Assembly: GCA_027053075.1 (NCBI GenBank)
Contig: JALUEE010000014.1
Span: forward strand, 1-18,625
DNA: 18,625 nucleotides
Direction: 5' to 3'
From: a candidate division WOR-3 bacterium
Lineage (GTDB): Bacteria; Hydrothermota; Hydrothermia; B15-G9; WFZT01
Below, one piece after another: positions 7,294 through 15,612 of this stretch. A program made the translations under genes and the position numbers. The notes beneath the pieces were generated by a model. That model was not told where the DNA came from and did no database searches. It saw only the letters and a list, made by a program, of their open reading frames with translations. Every line of letters starts with the position of its first letter. Position 1 is the stretch's first letter.

Positions 7294-8589
7294 CTAAAAT
7301 ATGTTTATATCTATCTCATCACTTTCCGTTGGACGTTGTGCCCTTGTCTCCACCCCCGCCATCTCCATCCTTCTCATCGCCATCTCTTCTCCCCTCCTTA
7401 TACCTTCCATCGCCTTCTCCAAACTCCACTCCTCTCCGCTAACCGCTATCGCATACACTATCTCCGCTAATTTCCTCGCTACCGCCCCTCCCGCTGCCCT
7501 CTTGCTCTTACCACGCCTCAATAACCTCTCATAATACGCCCTTATCTGCGGATTCGTCCTCCTCGCACTCACACCCGCTAGCAAAAATGCCATCTTCAAC
7601 ATCCTGTTCCCCTTGTTCGTCATCTTCCCCCTCCTTCGCATATCACCACTCTCCCACACCGTAGGATACAACCCACAATACCCCACAAATTTCTTCTTGC
7701 TCCTGAACCTCCGCTTTATGTCCCCTGCCTCCGCTATTATCACTCCCGCTGTCACCCAGCCTATCCCCGGTATGCTCGTTATCTTGCACTCCGAATAGTA
7801 TTCCTCAACTATCTCCTTCACTTCCCTGTCTATCTCCTTTATCACTCCATCGATCTCCAATATCTGCCTCACTATTGTCTTTATTATCAGCATCTCCGCC
7901 TCTCTTAATTCCTGTATCGGTGCACTCCTCGCTACCTCCATTACCTTCCTGACTATGCTCCTCCTTATTTTCTGCCTACCAACCCTTATCTTCATTAATT
8001 CCTCTTCCCCAGCTCCCAGTATTAAATGGGGTGATGGAAATCTCTGGAGTATGTAAAGAAAACCAAGAGGCAACCCACTCTTCACCAGAATCCTGTATCC
8101 AGGGAAATAAATTCTCAGTATGTGGTACAATTGATTCTTTAAAGAGGCCTTGTTCTCTATGAAGGTACGTCTTGTGCGAACAAGATGACGCAGGCGTTGG
8201 AGGAAGAGGGGAACGTGATAGTCTCCCTGAGGTTTGATAGTGGCCAGGTAGCGGGCTATAATTTGAGCATCGATACGGTCGGTTTTGGCACTGACGTTGA
8301 GTGCTTTAGCGAAGTAACGGACGGATGCGGGATTGAGTTGATGTACTTCAATGTTATCCATGGCTTCGAGGGTGTGTAGGATACCGATATGGAAGTCACC
8401 GGTAGATTCGAGGCCGCAGACGATTTTATAGTTTTTGGAGAGTGAGGAGATGAGTTGGGAGAACTCATGCCAGCCATCAGGGGTATTAGGGTATTTAGCG
8501 GAGGATATGACGGGGTGTAAATTATCATCGAAGAAGGAGGCGAATAGTTCTTTTGAGCTTACGTCTATACCAACGTATAAAGTATCCAT
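7294..8589 (-). CDS. IS110-family transposase/recombinase (DEDD RuvC-like domain plus Tnp domain)
   Basis: AGGAGG RBS. YVGIDVS, GLESTG and KTDRIDA supply DEDD. SIPGIG and YCGLYPTVWESG carry the conserved serine. Confidence 0.96.
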   Translation of the reverse strand: MDTLYVGIDVSSKELFASFFDDNLHPVISSAKYPNTPDGWHEFSQLISSLSKNYKIVCGLESTGDFHIGILHTLEAMDNIEVHQLNPASVRYFAKALNVSAKTDRIDAQIIARYLATIKPQGDYHVPLFLQRLRHLVRTRRTFIENKASLKNQLYHILRIYFPGYRILVKSGLPLGFLYILQRFPSPHLILGAGEEELMKIRVGRQKIRRSIVRKVMEVARSAPIQELREAEMLIIKTIVRQILEIDGVIKEIDREVKEIVEEYYSECKITSIPGIGWVTAGVIIAEAGDIKRRFRSKKKFVGYCGLYPTVWESGDMRRRGKMTNKGNRMLKMAFLLAGVSARRTNPQIRAYYERLLRRGKSKRAAGGAVARKLAEIVYAIAVSGEEWSLEKAMEGIRRGEEMAMRRMEMAGVETRAQRPTESDEIDINIF

Positions 8590-8613
8590 AATGCACCTCC
8601 TGTTTTTTTTATT

Positions 8614-8793
8614 GGGAGGAGATGGAGAGTGGGAGCCTCCACCGAATGGGGTATAGCCTAACCTTCTGAATGGAGTGATTTTTTACACGAATAACAATCC
8701 AGGCTTATACCCCAGGTGGAGGGACCAATCTCCCCCTCGGGGTCATGCCCCAGGACCAAGGCCGGTCTCCACCCACTCATACCATCTCCTCCC
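8614..8793 (-). ncRNA. putative IS110 bridge RNA (two internal loops within a closing stem)
   Basis: Nested complementary segments: 8614-8625/8782-8793 (12 bp), 8627-8633/8772-8778, 8636-8643/8715-8722, 8647-8655/8706-8714, 8656-8659/8701-8704, 8723-8726/8764-8767, 8739-8742/8748-8751. Loop segments match the element's junction sequences. Confidence 0.78.
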
Positions 8794-8928
8794 GAAGTGT
8801 TTTCCCTATATTTTTAGTGATAACCATCATAAATAACAACAAACATTATAGAAGGAACAAGGTGGGGGGTAAATTTTTCCTCAAAAATCAAAGAATTTGA
8901 GATTTTTTCAAACAGGCTCTCACTAAAC

Positions 8929-8957
8929 TTGACTCTAATGGTGATATTTGTTATTAT
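8929..8957 (+). promoter_or_regulatory. upstream sigma70-type promoter for the ArsR gene
   Basis: TTGACT (8929-8934), 17 bp, TATTAT (8952-8957), with an extended -10 TG at 8949-8950. Confidence 0.55.
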
Positions 8958-8999
8958 AGCTCCCACAACTTTTTCATTGCATTTATTAAAAAACAAACT

Positions 9000-9029
9000 A
9001 TTGACATTAAGTCTAATGGCAATTAAAAT
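9000..9029 (+). promoter_or_regulatory. sigma70-type promoter overlapped by a candidate ArsR operator
   Basis: TTGACA (9001-9006), 17 bp, TAAAAT (9024-9029). Inverted repeat ATTGACATTA-AGTC-TAATGGCAAT (9000-9023, 1 mismatch). Confidence 0.7.
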
Positions 9030-9038
9030 ATTTTCGCT

Positions 9039-9380
9039 ATGAAAGAAAAGAAATTCTGTGAAGAGTCATACGTGGTTGAGCCCCTCGAGGAGTTCTTCAG
9101 CGCGCTCTCCTCTGTAAAAAGATTGCAGGTGGTTTACCTTCTCAAAACCGGTGAGAAAAACGTGAAAGAACTTATGTCATGCATGAACATTGATCAGTCC
9201 TCTTTATCGAGGCACCTAAATATTCTTAAAAAAGCGGGAATTCTGAAAGTGAGGAGAGAAGGGACACTCACTTATTACAGGCTTTCTGACCCTCGGGTAG
9301 TGGACATCATCCAGACCGGACTCAAAATTGTGATAAAGATTAAAGAAGAGGAGATGACGAGGCTTACCTCACTCCAGTAG
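9039..9380 (+). CDS. ArsR/SmtB-family transcriptional regulator
   Basis: FFSALSSVKRLQVVYLL...QSSLSRHLNILKKAGILKVRREGTLTYYRLSD winged-HTH signature. Confidence 0.93.
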   Translation: MKEKKFCEESYVVEPLEEFFSALSSVKRLQVVYLLKTGEKNVKELMSCMNIDQSSLSRHLNILKKAGILKVRREGTLTYYRLSDPRVVDIIQTGLKIVIKIKEEEMTRLTSLQ

Positions 9381-10133
9381 GGGCTCGATGTAAATCCGGT
9401 CGCCATCTAAGACAAGGTGAACGTGGAATACATCTCTAAATAAATCCTCTCTAAAGACTGTACTACTCTCTCCTGATTTTACAATCCTCCCCTTGTTCAA
9501 AACCAGCGTTCGATTCCCATATCTGTAAGCGAGGTCAAACTCATGCATGATGGTAATAATTGTCCTACCCTGTTCATTTAATCTTTCAAGAAGCTCCATG
9601 ATTTCGAACCTGTGTTCATAATCCAGGTGGGATGTCGGTTCATCAAGCAAAATGTACGATGATTCCTGTGCAAGCACACGGGCAATTCTCACCCTTTGCA
9701 TTTCACCTGACGAAAGGGCTCCGAGCATTTTATCCTTAAAATCAACCGTTCCCGTCGAGCGAAGGGCATTATAAACTATTTCTTTATCCCTTATTGTGAG
9801 CCTTCCCGAAGGCCCCACGTGAACAAATCTGCCCAGTGCAACGTAATCCGCCACCCTAATTGACTTCTCAACTATATCAGTTTGAAGTAAAACAGCTACG
9901 TCTCGGGCGATGTCCCTGACATCCATCTTCCTTACATCTTTCCCATCTATCTTCACAGCCCCCGCAAGAATTTTCGTTCTCTTTAATAAAGTTTTAAAAA
10001 TTGTTGACTTGCCGGCTCCGTTAGGACCTATGATGTTCCAGAATTCCCCCTCGTTAACCCGCCAGCTGAAGCCCTCGAGCACAACCCTGCCGTTTTCATA
10101 TGCCACGCTTAAATTCTCAAATTCCAGAGCCAT
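9369..10133 (-). CDS. ABC transporter ATP-binding protein (iron-siderophore/cobalamin type, FhuC/BtuD-like)
   Basis: Walker A GPNGAGKST, signature LSSGEMQR, Walker B ILLDEPTSHLD, H-loop IMHE. Confidence 0.93.
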   Translation of the reverse strand: MALEFENLSVAYENGRVVLEGFSWRVNEGEFWNIIGPNGAGKSTIFKTLLKRTKILAGAVKIDGKDVRKMDVRDIARDVAVLLQTDIVEKSIRVADYVALGRFVHVGPSGRLTIRDKEIVYNALRSTGTVDFKDKMLGALSSGEMQRVRIARVLAQESSYILLDEPTSHLDYEHRFEIMELLERLNEQGRTIITIMHEFDLAYRYGNRTLVLNKGRIVKSGESSTVFREDLFRDVFHVHLVLDGDRIYIEPLLE

Positions 10134-11058
10134 TTCTGTTCAAGATATAAAAGAAAAATGGGACTCCTATCAAAGCTGTTATCACGCCGACAGGAAATTC
10201 AAAGGGGAAAAAATACCTCGAGACCATATCCGAAAGAAGTAGAATAAGAATACCACTCATGATGGAGATCGTAAAAATGTGTAAGTGACGCCTGACTCCG
10301 AGAAGTTTCGCAACATGTGGTGAAATCAGACCCACAAAACCGATCGCTCCCACAGTGGATATCAAAACGCCTGTGGATACTGAGCTCACTAAAAACGTAA
10401 CTTTTCGCATGAAATCCACATTCACACCTATAGAATATGCCTCTTCTTCTCCCAGAGCCAGCGCATCAAAGGCAAGATGATAGAGATAATAAACTCCAGC
10501 AGACAAAAGAATAATGACGATTCCTGCAGCAATCGTTTTCAGCTCACTTCCCGTTACAATGATTCCAAATGATCCCCAGAGTAGATAGAGGATTTTCTCC
10601 AGGCCCTGTCTTTTAAAAGTCAAAATGAGCAATACAAAGCTATAGCTAAAAAAATTGAAAACTACCCCGCCAAGAAGTAGAGTCCGAAGGTTCATATACC
10701 CCTTTGACGTGGAAAACCAGTAAATTAAAAGCATGGTAAGCAAAGCACCCAGAAATGCGAAGCCTGAGAGTACAAGAAATGATGAATATCCCAATAAAAT
10801 TGCGAGTGAGTAGCCGGATAGTGCCCCACCAGAGATTCCCACAATATATGGTTCTGCCAGTGGATTTAGAAATATTGTCTGGAGGGCAGTTCCATTGGAG
10901 GCAAGAGAAACTCCCGCGGTAATGGCGAGAACAAACCTTAAAATCCTGAGCTTGAATATCTCAGGATACCGAAAGCTTTTATCAACAACAAAAAAGAAGA
11001 TGGATACAGCAATCAGAGAGAAGATTAAGAAGATGTAAACTTTTTTCAGTCTTTGCAC
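10117..11058 (-). CDS. FecCD/BtuC-family ABC transporter permease
   Basis: Multi-TM protein with LQTIFLNPLAEPYIVGISGGA, LALGEEEAYSIGV, GAIGFVGLISPH, PVGVITALIGVPFF. Confidence 0.93.
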   Translation of the reverse strand: MQRLKKVYIFLIFSLIAVSIFFFVVDKSFRYPEIFKLRILRFVLAITAGVSLASNGTALQTIFLNPLAEPYIVGISGGALSGYSLAILLGYSSFLVLSGFAFLGALLTMLLIYWFSTSKGYMNLRTLLLGGVVFNFFSYSFVLLILTFKRQGLEKILYLLWGSFGIIVTGSELKTIAAGIVIILLSAGVYYLYHLAFDALALGEEEAYSIGVNVDFMRKVTFLVSSVSTGVLISTVGAIGFVGLISPHVAKLLGVRRHLHIFTISIMSGILILLLSDMVSRYFFPFEFPVGVITALIGVPFFFYILNRNGSGI

Positions 11059-11966
11059 TTTTTATCAATGAGATCGTAGAGTCCGGCTATCATTTCACCC
11101 ATCAGGCCCATCATGAAAAGGATCAACCCGGAAATGACCAGGAACATCGTCAAATAGACAAGTGGCCTGTAACCGATATGCTTGAAAACCCGGAAATATA
11201 CTGCTACAAGACCCACAAGAATTCCGATCAAGGTGGTGAAAGCACCCAATGAGCCGAAGTATAGCATGGGCTTGCGCATGAAGGAGAGCTGAAACTTAAC
11301 TGCCAGTAGGTCAAAAACCCCTATGATCACCCTTTTTAGTCCTTTGTACTTGGACTCACCGTGAAGCCTCGAATAGAGGGTTACTTCAACCTCGGCGAGC
11401 CTATAACCTCTATCAAAAGCAAGAGGAACAATATATCTGTGCCAGTCTTTTCTTAGCGGAACATTTTCTATAATTTCTTTTCTGAACGCCTTAATGGAAT
11501 TCATATCAGAGACAGGAAGTCGGAATAGCCACTGCGAAAGCCGGTTGTAAACGCTCGATACAAACTTCTTCTCATATTTGCCCTTCTTCTTGCCCGTAAC
11601 GAGGTCGTACCCTTCATTTTTTATTTTATCCACCAGTTTTTTGACATCATCAAGATGAAACTGGAGGTCTGCGGGGAAAAATACGAGAATTTCTCCTTTC
11701 GCATGCTTTGCTCCGGTCTCAAGAGCGGCAGTAACGCCAAGATTTTTCTGGTGTTTTACCAGTGTAACTTTGAGGTCTTTGTGCTTTTCTAAGTTTTCCC
11801 TGATAAGGTCATATGTACCATCAGTTGAACCGTCATCCACAAAGACAACTTCCCAATAGTCGAGTAGATTATTGGAGCTTAGAAAATCGTGGATGTGCTC
11901 AAAAAGGGACTCAATATTGCCTTCTTCATTATAAGCTGGGACTATCAGAGAAACTTCGATACTCAT
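11046..11966 (-). CDS. GT2 glycosyltransferase (polyprenyl-phosphate glycosyltransferase, ArnC/DPM1-like)
   Basis: SLIVPAYNEE, VDDGSTDGT, ADLQF, RLHGESKY and two C-terminal TM helices. Confidence 0.93.
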   Translation of the reverse strand: MSIEVSLIVPAYNEEGNIESLFEHIHDFLSSNNLLDYWEVVFVDDGSTDGTYDLIRENLEKHKDLKVTLVKHQKNLGVTAALETGAKHAKGEILVFFPADLQFHLDDVKKLVDKIKNEGYDLVTGKKKGKYEKKFVSSVYNRLSQWLFRLPVSDMNSIKAFRKEIIENVPLRKDWHRYIVPLAFDRGYRLAEVEVTLYSRLHGESKYKGLKRVIIGVFDLLAVKFQLSFMRKPMLYFGSLGAFTTLIGILVGLVAVYFRVFKHIGYRPLVYLTMFLVISGLILFMMGLMGEMIAGLYDLIDKKCKD

Positions 11967-14365
11967 ATCTTTACAATGGGGGCAACAATTGAAACAAGGA
12001 TAGTTAATACACTGACCAGACCAAGAACGTTGTATTCCTTGCTCCTGAATTTGATCTCCACCGTGTGGTGCCCTTTAATCCCTTCAAATCCCATCAAAAT
12101 GTAGTCAGTCTGATAGGTTTTAACCGGCTTTCCATCTATCAGCACTTCAAGCTTGGGGTAGTTATTTGTGCTATAGACGAGCAGTGCATTTTTGCTGAGC
12201 GTGTAGTCAAATTTCCAGTAATCCGGCTGATATTCAAGCATTTTAAAGGAAAAGTTGAGAGCTCCAGTATCAGGCTTGAATTCCGGTTTCTCCTCGAGAA
12301 CCGCAATCTTTCTCGGATCAAAATCTGACTTCTCCATGCGCTTTAAAACATCATCTTTCTTCATTACCTCAATGGAATCAACAGCGAACACACGGGGGAT
12401 AAACTTCTTATTTTCATAAATGGCGTAGCGAACATTATTCTGGCCGGGAACCACATTCAGGACTCTGAAATGGCTCGTATCGTTCACAAATTGACTTATA
12501 AGGTACAGCATTTGATAAAGATTGACATTCTTCCTGTAAGGTGATAAGTCCTGCGGTATGGGCTGTGAAACTACATACTTCACATTGAGCATGTCAGCAA
12601 ACCAGGGATACCTGTAAAGATTGGGCTCATCAGCGGGTCGAAACATAAAGTGGTGAGGATTTCCGAGAAATTCCTGGTATCTCTGGAACTGGTTCCCGTG
12701 GTGTCCACCTATGGACTCAATTCTATGGAGCATAAGATAGTTGCTGTCAATCCGATAAAATATCGGGAATACTCGATAAACGTCTTTGTCCTTTTCAAGA
12801 GTTTTAACCACTTCGTCCTTTGCATAGTACTTATCCGGACCGGGCAGGGTTTTGAGAAACTTCCAGTCAATGGACCAGAGATCAGCTATTATGACAAGGG
12901 TCAATATTCCAGCGACCGGCAGGTCAAGCCTGAACTTCCCACCAAGCAGGTACACGGCAATTGCCGCAACAATGGAGAATCTCAAAAAGGCAAGTGGAAT
13001 ATTTGAATAGTATTGCTCGAGAATCTTAAGCTGGTTTTGTGACCTGACAAATAACTCTTTGAAGATTCCTATAAATAAGCCTTTTGCGACAAATGCGAGC
13101 AGTGCTATTCCAAAGATAACCGCGATTGATATCCAGAGGTTTTTCATAAGTTTCGGGTCATTTGCCCGCTCCCTTATGTATTCCACCCCAAATGCACCCA
13201 GGACGTTAAAAGCAAAGGCCACAAAAATGAAACTCATGCTCGGGGCGCGAAACTTCTTTATCCCCGGAAGCATGTAGTAGAAAAGTTTATAAACAGGTGT
13301 GTATCCTCCAAGCGCAACAAGGGAGAAAAACACAGCTATGATGCCAAAGACCCATACGAGGAATTTTCTCTTTTTGTTGAAAAAGCCCACAAACCCAAGA
13401 AATGCAGCAAATGCTCCCATGTATTCCGTATTCAGCTTGAACGGGTTCCTCCCCCAATAGCTGTCAAGGAATCCAGAGAACTTCGCAAAAAATGCACTAA
13501 TGTAGTCTTCCCATGGAAGAGACCAGGAGACTGAGAACTGGTACCCCCTGTTACCCGCGCCACGAGGTGAGAATTTAGCCACATACTCGTAGCCCGGTAG
13601 AAGCTGAACAGCTCCTATGAGGAGTGAGAAAATCACCGAGACCACGAAGAAAACACCAATTTTTACAGCCGGAAGTGCACCTTTCTCCCTGTATTTCGCA
13701 ATGAACAGGGCAAGAATGTAAATCCCTGAAGCAAGATAGAGATAGTACATCATCTGCACATGGGGAGAGAGGATGCCAAATCCCATAAACATCCCGGCAA
13801 GGGCAAAATAGCCGAACTTTTCGCTCAGGTAACCCTTATGGATGAAGTAAAATACAACAGGAATGAAGGCTGAAACCGCCATTTTACCATCGTGTCCAGG
13901 ATAGGTGAGGGAAATCAGGGTGCCTGTAAACATGAAGGATACAGCAAAGAGAAACGAAACAAACTTATTGAGTTTAAGGAGCCTCAAGTACAGGAACATG
14001 AAAATTCCGGCAAGAATGGCATGGACGATGAAGAACCAGTTGAGAACTATGTGCGGTGGGAATATGATCCTCAGGAAGGAAAATGGATAAAAGATGTCAC
14101 CGTGAAAAGCATCAATAAAGGGAATTCCAGAAAACAAATAAGGGTCCCAGAATGGAATATGGTGAAAAGTTTTAAGCACATAAGCATGAAACGCGCGGAA
14201 TGGGAATCCAGCGGTTATCTGGTCTGTAGCAAAGAGCATCACATTGGGGGAGAGTATCTTGTAGAAGTAAATCAGCCCTAAGATAACTATCAGGATAATC
14301 AAATTGGAGTCTTTAAACTCCCGCCTATATTCTACTTTTTGGGATCTCTTCCTTTTTCTGGCCAT
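11963..14365 (-). CDS. YfhO-family membrane protein (GT-C-like glycosyltransferase)
   Basis: Multi-TM protein with PFWDPYLFSGIPF...FYP, ESIGGHHG, MLNVKYV, YENKKFIPRVF and a C-terminal beta domain plus TM. ATG 14365 preferred over GTG 14410. Stop overlaps the GT2 start (ATGA). Confidence 0.85.
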   Translation of the reverse strand: MARKRKRSQKVEYRREFKDSNLIILIVILGLIYFYKILSPNVMLFATDQITAGFPFRAFHAYVLKTFHHIPFWDPYLFSGIPFIDAFHGDIFYPFSFLRIIFPPHIVLNWFFIVHAILAGIFMFLYLRLLKLNKFVSFLFAVSFMFTGTLISLTYPGHDGKMAVSAFIPVVFYFIHKGYLSEKFGYFALAGMFMGFGILSPHVQMMYYLYLASGIYILALFIAKYREKGALPAVKIGVFFVVSVIFSLLIGAVQLLPGYEYVAKFSPRGAGNRGYQFSVSWSLPWEDYISAFFAKFSGFLDSYWGRNPFKLNTEYMGAFAAFLGFVGFFNKKRKFLVWVFGIIAVFFSLVALGGYTPVYKLFYYMLPGIKKFRAPSMSFIFVAFAFNVLGAFGVEYIRERANDPKLMKNLWISIAVIFGIALLAFVAKGLFIGIFKELFVRSQNQLKILEQYYSNIPLAFLRFSIVAAIAVYLLGGKFRLDLPVAGILTLVIIADLWSIDWKFLKTLPGPDKYYAKDEVVKTLEKDKDVYRVFPIFYRIDSNYLMLHRIESIGGHHGNQFQRYQEFLGNPHHFMFRPADEPNLYRYPWFADMLNVKYVVSQPIPQDLSPYRKNVNLYQMLYLISQFVNDTSHFRVLNVVPGQNNVRYAIYENKKFIPRVFAVDSIEVMKKDDVLKRMEKSDFDPRKIAVLEEKPEFKPDTGALNFSFKMLEYQPDYWKFDYTLSKNALLVYSTNNYPKLEVLIDGKPVKTYQTDYILMGFEGIKGHHTVEIKFRSKEYNVLGLVSVLTILVSIVAPIVKI

Positions 14366-14413
14366 TTGAAAGTTAATTATATTGACCCTTAGAAATTTAT
14401 TCAACTGCACCTG

Positions 14414-14442
14414 TTGATAACACTTTAACTGGTTTTTATAAT
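14414..14442 (+). promoter_or_regulatory. sigma70-type promoter for the ald operon
   Basis: TTGATA (14414-14419), 17 bp, TATAAT (14437-14442). Confidence 0.7.
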
Positions 14443-14493
14443 TGTATTTTGGTAAGGTGCGTTATTTAAAAAACTTAGAAAGGAGAAGTTGTT

Positions 14494-15612
14494 ATGATCA
14501 TAGGTGTTCCCAAGGAAATAAAGAAAGAAGAGTATAGAGTTGCAATGACCCCCTCAGGAGTTTACTCACTGACTCAGGCGGGTCACAGGGTTATAATCGA
14601 GACAAAAGCCGGTCTGGGCAGCGGAATTTCCGACGACGATTATGTCGCAGCAGGAGCAGAAATTGTCCCTACAGCTGATGAGGTCTTTGAGAAAGCTGAC
14701 ATGATCGTGAAAGTCAAAGAGCCTCAGGAAGTTGAAATTCCCAAACTACGCGAAAATCAGGTATTATTCACATATCTCCACCTTGCAGCTGATAAAAAAC
14801 TCACCGAAAAGCTTCTTGAAAGAAAGATCATTGGTATAGCTTACGAAACTGTCGAGCTTGATGACGGCTCACTCCCCCTCCTCATCCCCATGAGTGAGGT
14901 TGCAGGCCGTATGGCCCCCCAGGAAGGTGCAAAATATCTTGAAAAACCTCAGAAAGGGCTTGGTGTGCTACTCGGCGGAATTCCGGGTGTTCCGCCAGCT
15001 GAGGTCGTAATCATTGGGGGAGGAACTGTTGGAACAAATGCCGCTTTCATTGCCGCTGGAATGGGCGCAGACGTTACTGTTCTTGACCTCAATCCAGTTA
15101 GACTCAGATATCTCGCAGAAATCATGCCGGCTAACGTAAAAACCCTCATTTCCACACCTTACAACGTTAAGGAGGCCCTGAAGAAAGCGGACCTTGTTAT
15201 CGGAGCAGTTTTGATTCACGGAAGAAAGGCACCAAAGATTATCACCCGTGAGATGCTGAAAGAGATGAAGGACGGAGCGGTAATTGTAGATGTAGCCATT
15301 GACCAGGGTGGTATAGCGGAAACTTCAAAGCCCACAACCCACTCAGAGCCCATATTTGTCGAAGAAGGTGTTGTCCATTACTGCGTCGCAAATATGCCCG
15401 GTGCAGTTCCAAGGACCTCAACCTACGGTCTCACCAATTCAACCCTGCCCTATGTGCTCGAGCTCGCAAATAAGGGCTGGAAACAGGCTGTAAAAGAAAA
15501 CAAAGCCCTCTGGAGGGGCGTCAACGTATTTAAAGGATATCTTGTTTACAAGGGGATTGCTGAAGATTTCAACATGCCATACACTCCCCTTGAGGAGGTT
15601 ATTGATCAATGA
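14494..15612 (+). CDS. ald: alanine dehydrogenase
   Basis: [74 protein letters not shown]. Confidence 0.96.
   Translation: MIIGVPKEIKKEEYRVAMTPSGVYSLTQAGHRVIIETKAGLGSGISDDDYVAAGAEIVPTADEVFEKADMIVKVKEPQEVEIPKLRENQVLFTYLHLAADKKLTEKLLERKIIGIAYETVELDDGSLPLLIPMSEVAGRMAPQEGAKYLEKPQKGLGVLLGGIPGVPPAEVVIIGGGTVGTNAAFIAAGMGADVTVLDLNPVRLRYLAEIMPANVKTLISTPYNVKEALKKADLVIGAVLIHGRKAPKIITREMLKEMKDGAVIVDVAIDQGGIAETSKPTTHSEPIFVEEGVVHYCVANMPGAVPRTSTYGLTNSTLPYVLELANKGWKQAVKENKALWRGVNVFKGYLVYKGIAEDFNMPYTPLEEVIDQ

Larger units (their letters stand above)
7118..8860 (-). mobile_element. IS110-family element, complete
   Basis: Bounded by direct AACAA repeats (7118-7122, 8856-8860). 11-bp sub-terminal IRs ATAATGTTTGT (7122-7132) / ACAAACATTAT (8839-8849). 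Joining the ends gives TTGACA-17-TATAAT. Contains a DEDD transposase and a structured non-coding left end. Confidence 0.88.

Noticed and set aside
7221..8656. Ser/Pro/Leu-rich plus-strand ORFs over the IS110 gene
   Set aside because: By-products of the strong strand skew on the antisense strand.
8819..8824. GTTATC (minus strand) shared with 7115-7120 as an alternative IS110 left boundary
   Set aside because: Gives a poor -10, excludes the sub-terminal IR and fails two guide matches. The 8856-8860 boundary satisfies all criteria.
5643..8860. IS3 plus IS110 as a composite transposon mobilising the AT-rich operon
   Set aside because: Different families, both on the same side of the operon, and no matching end on the left.
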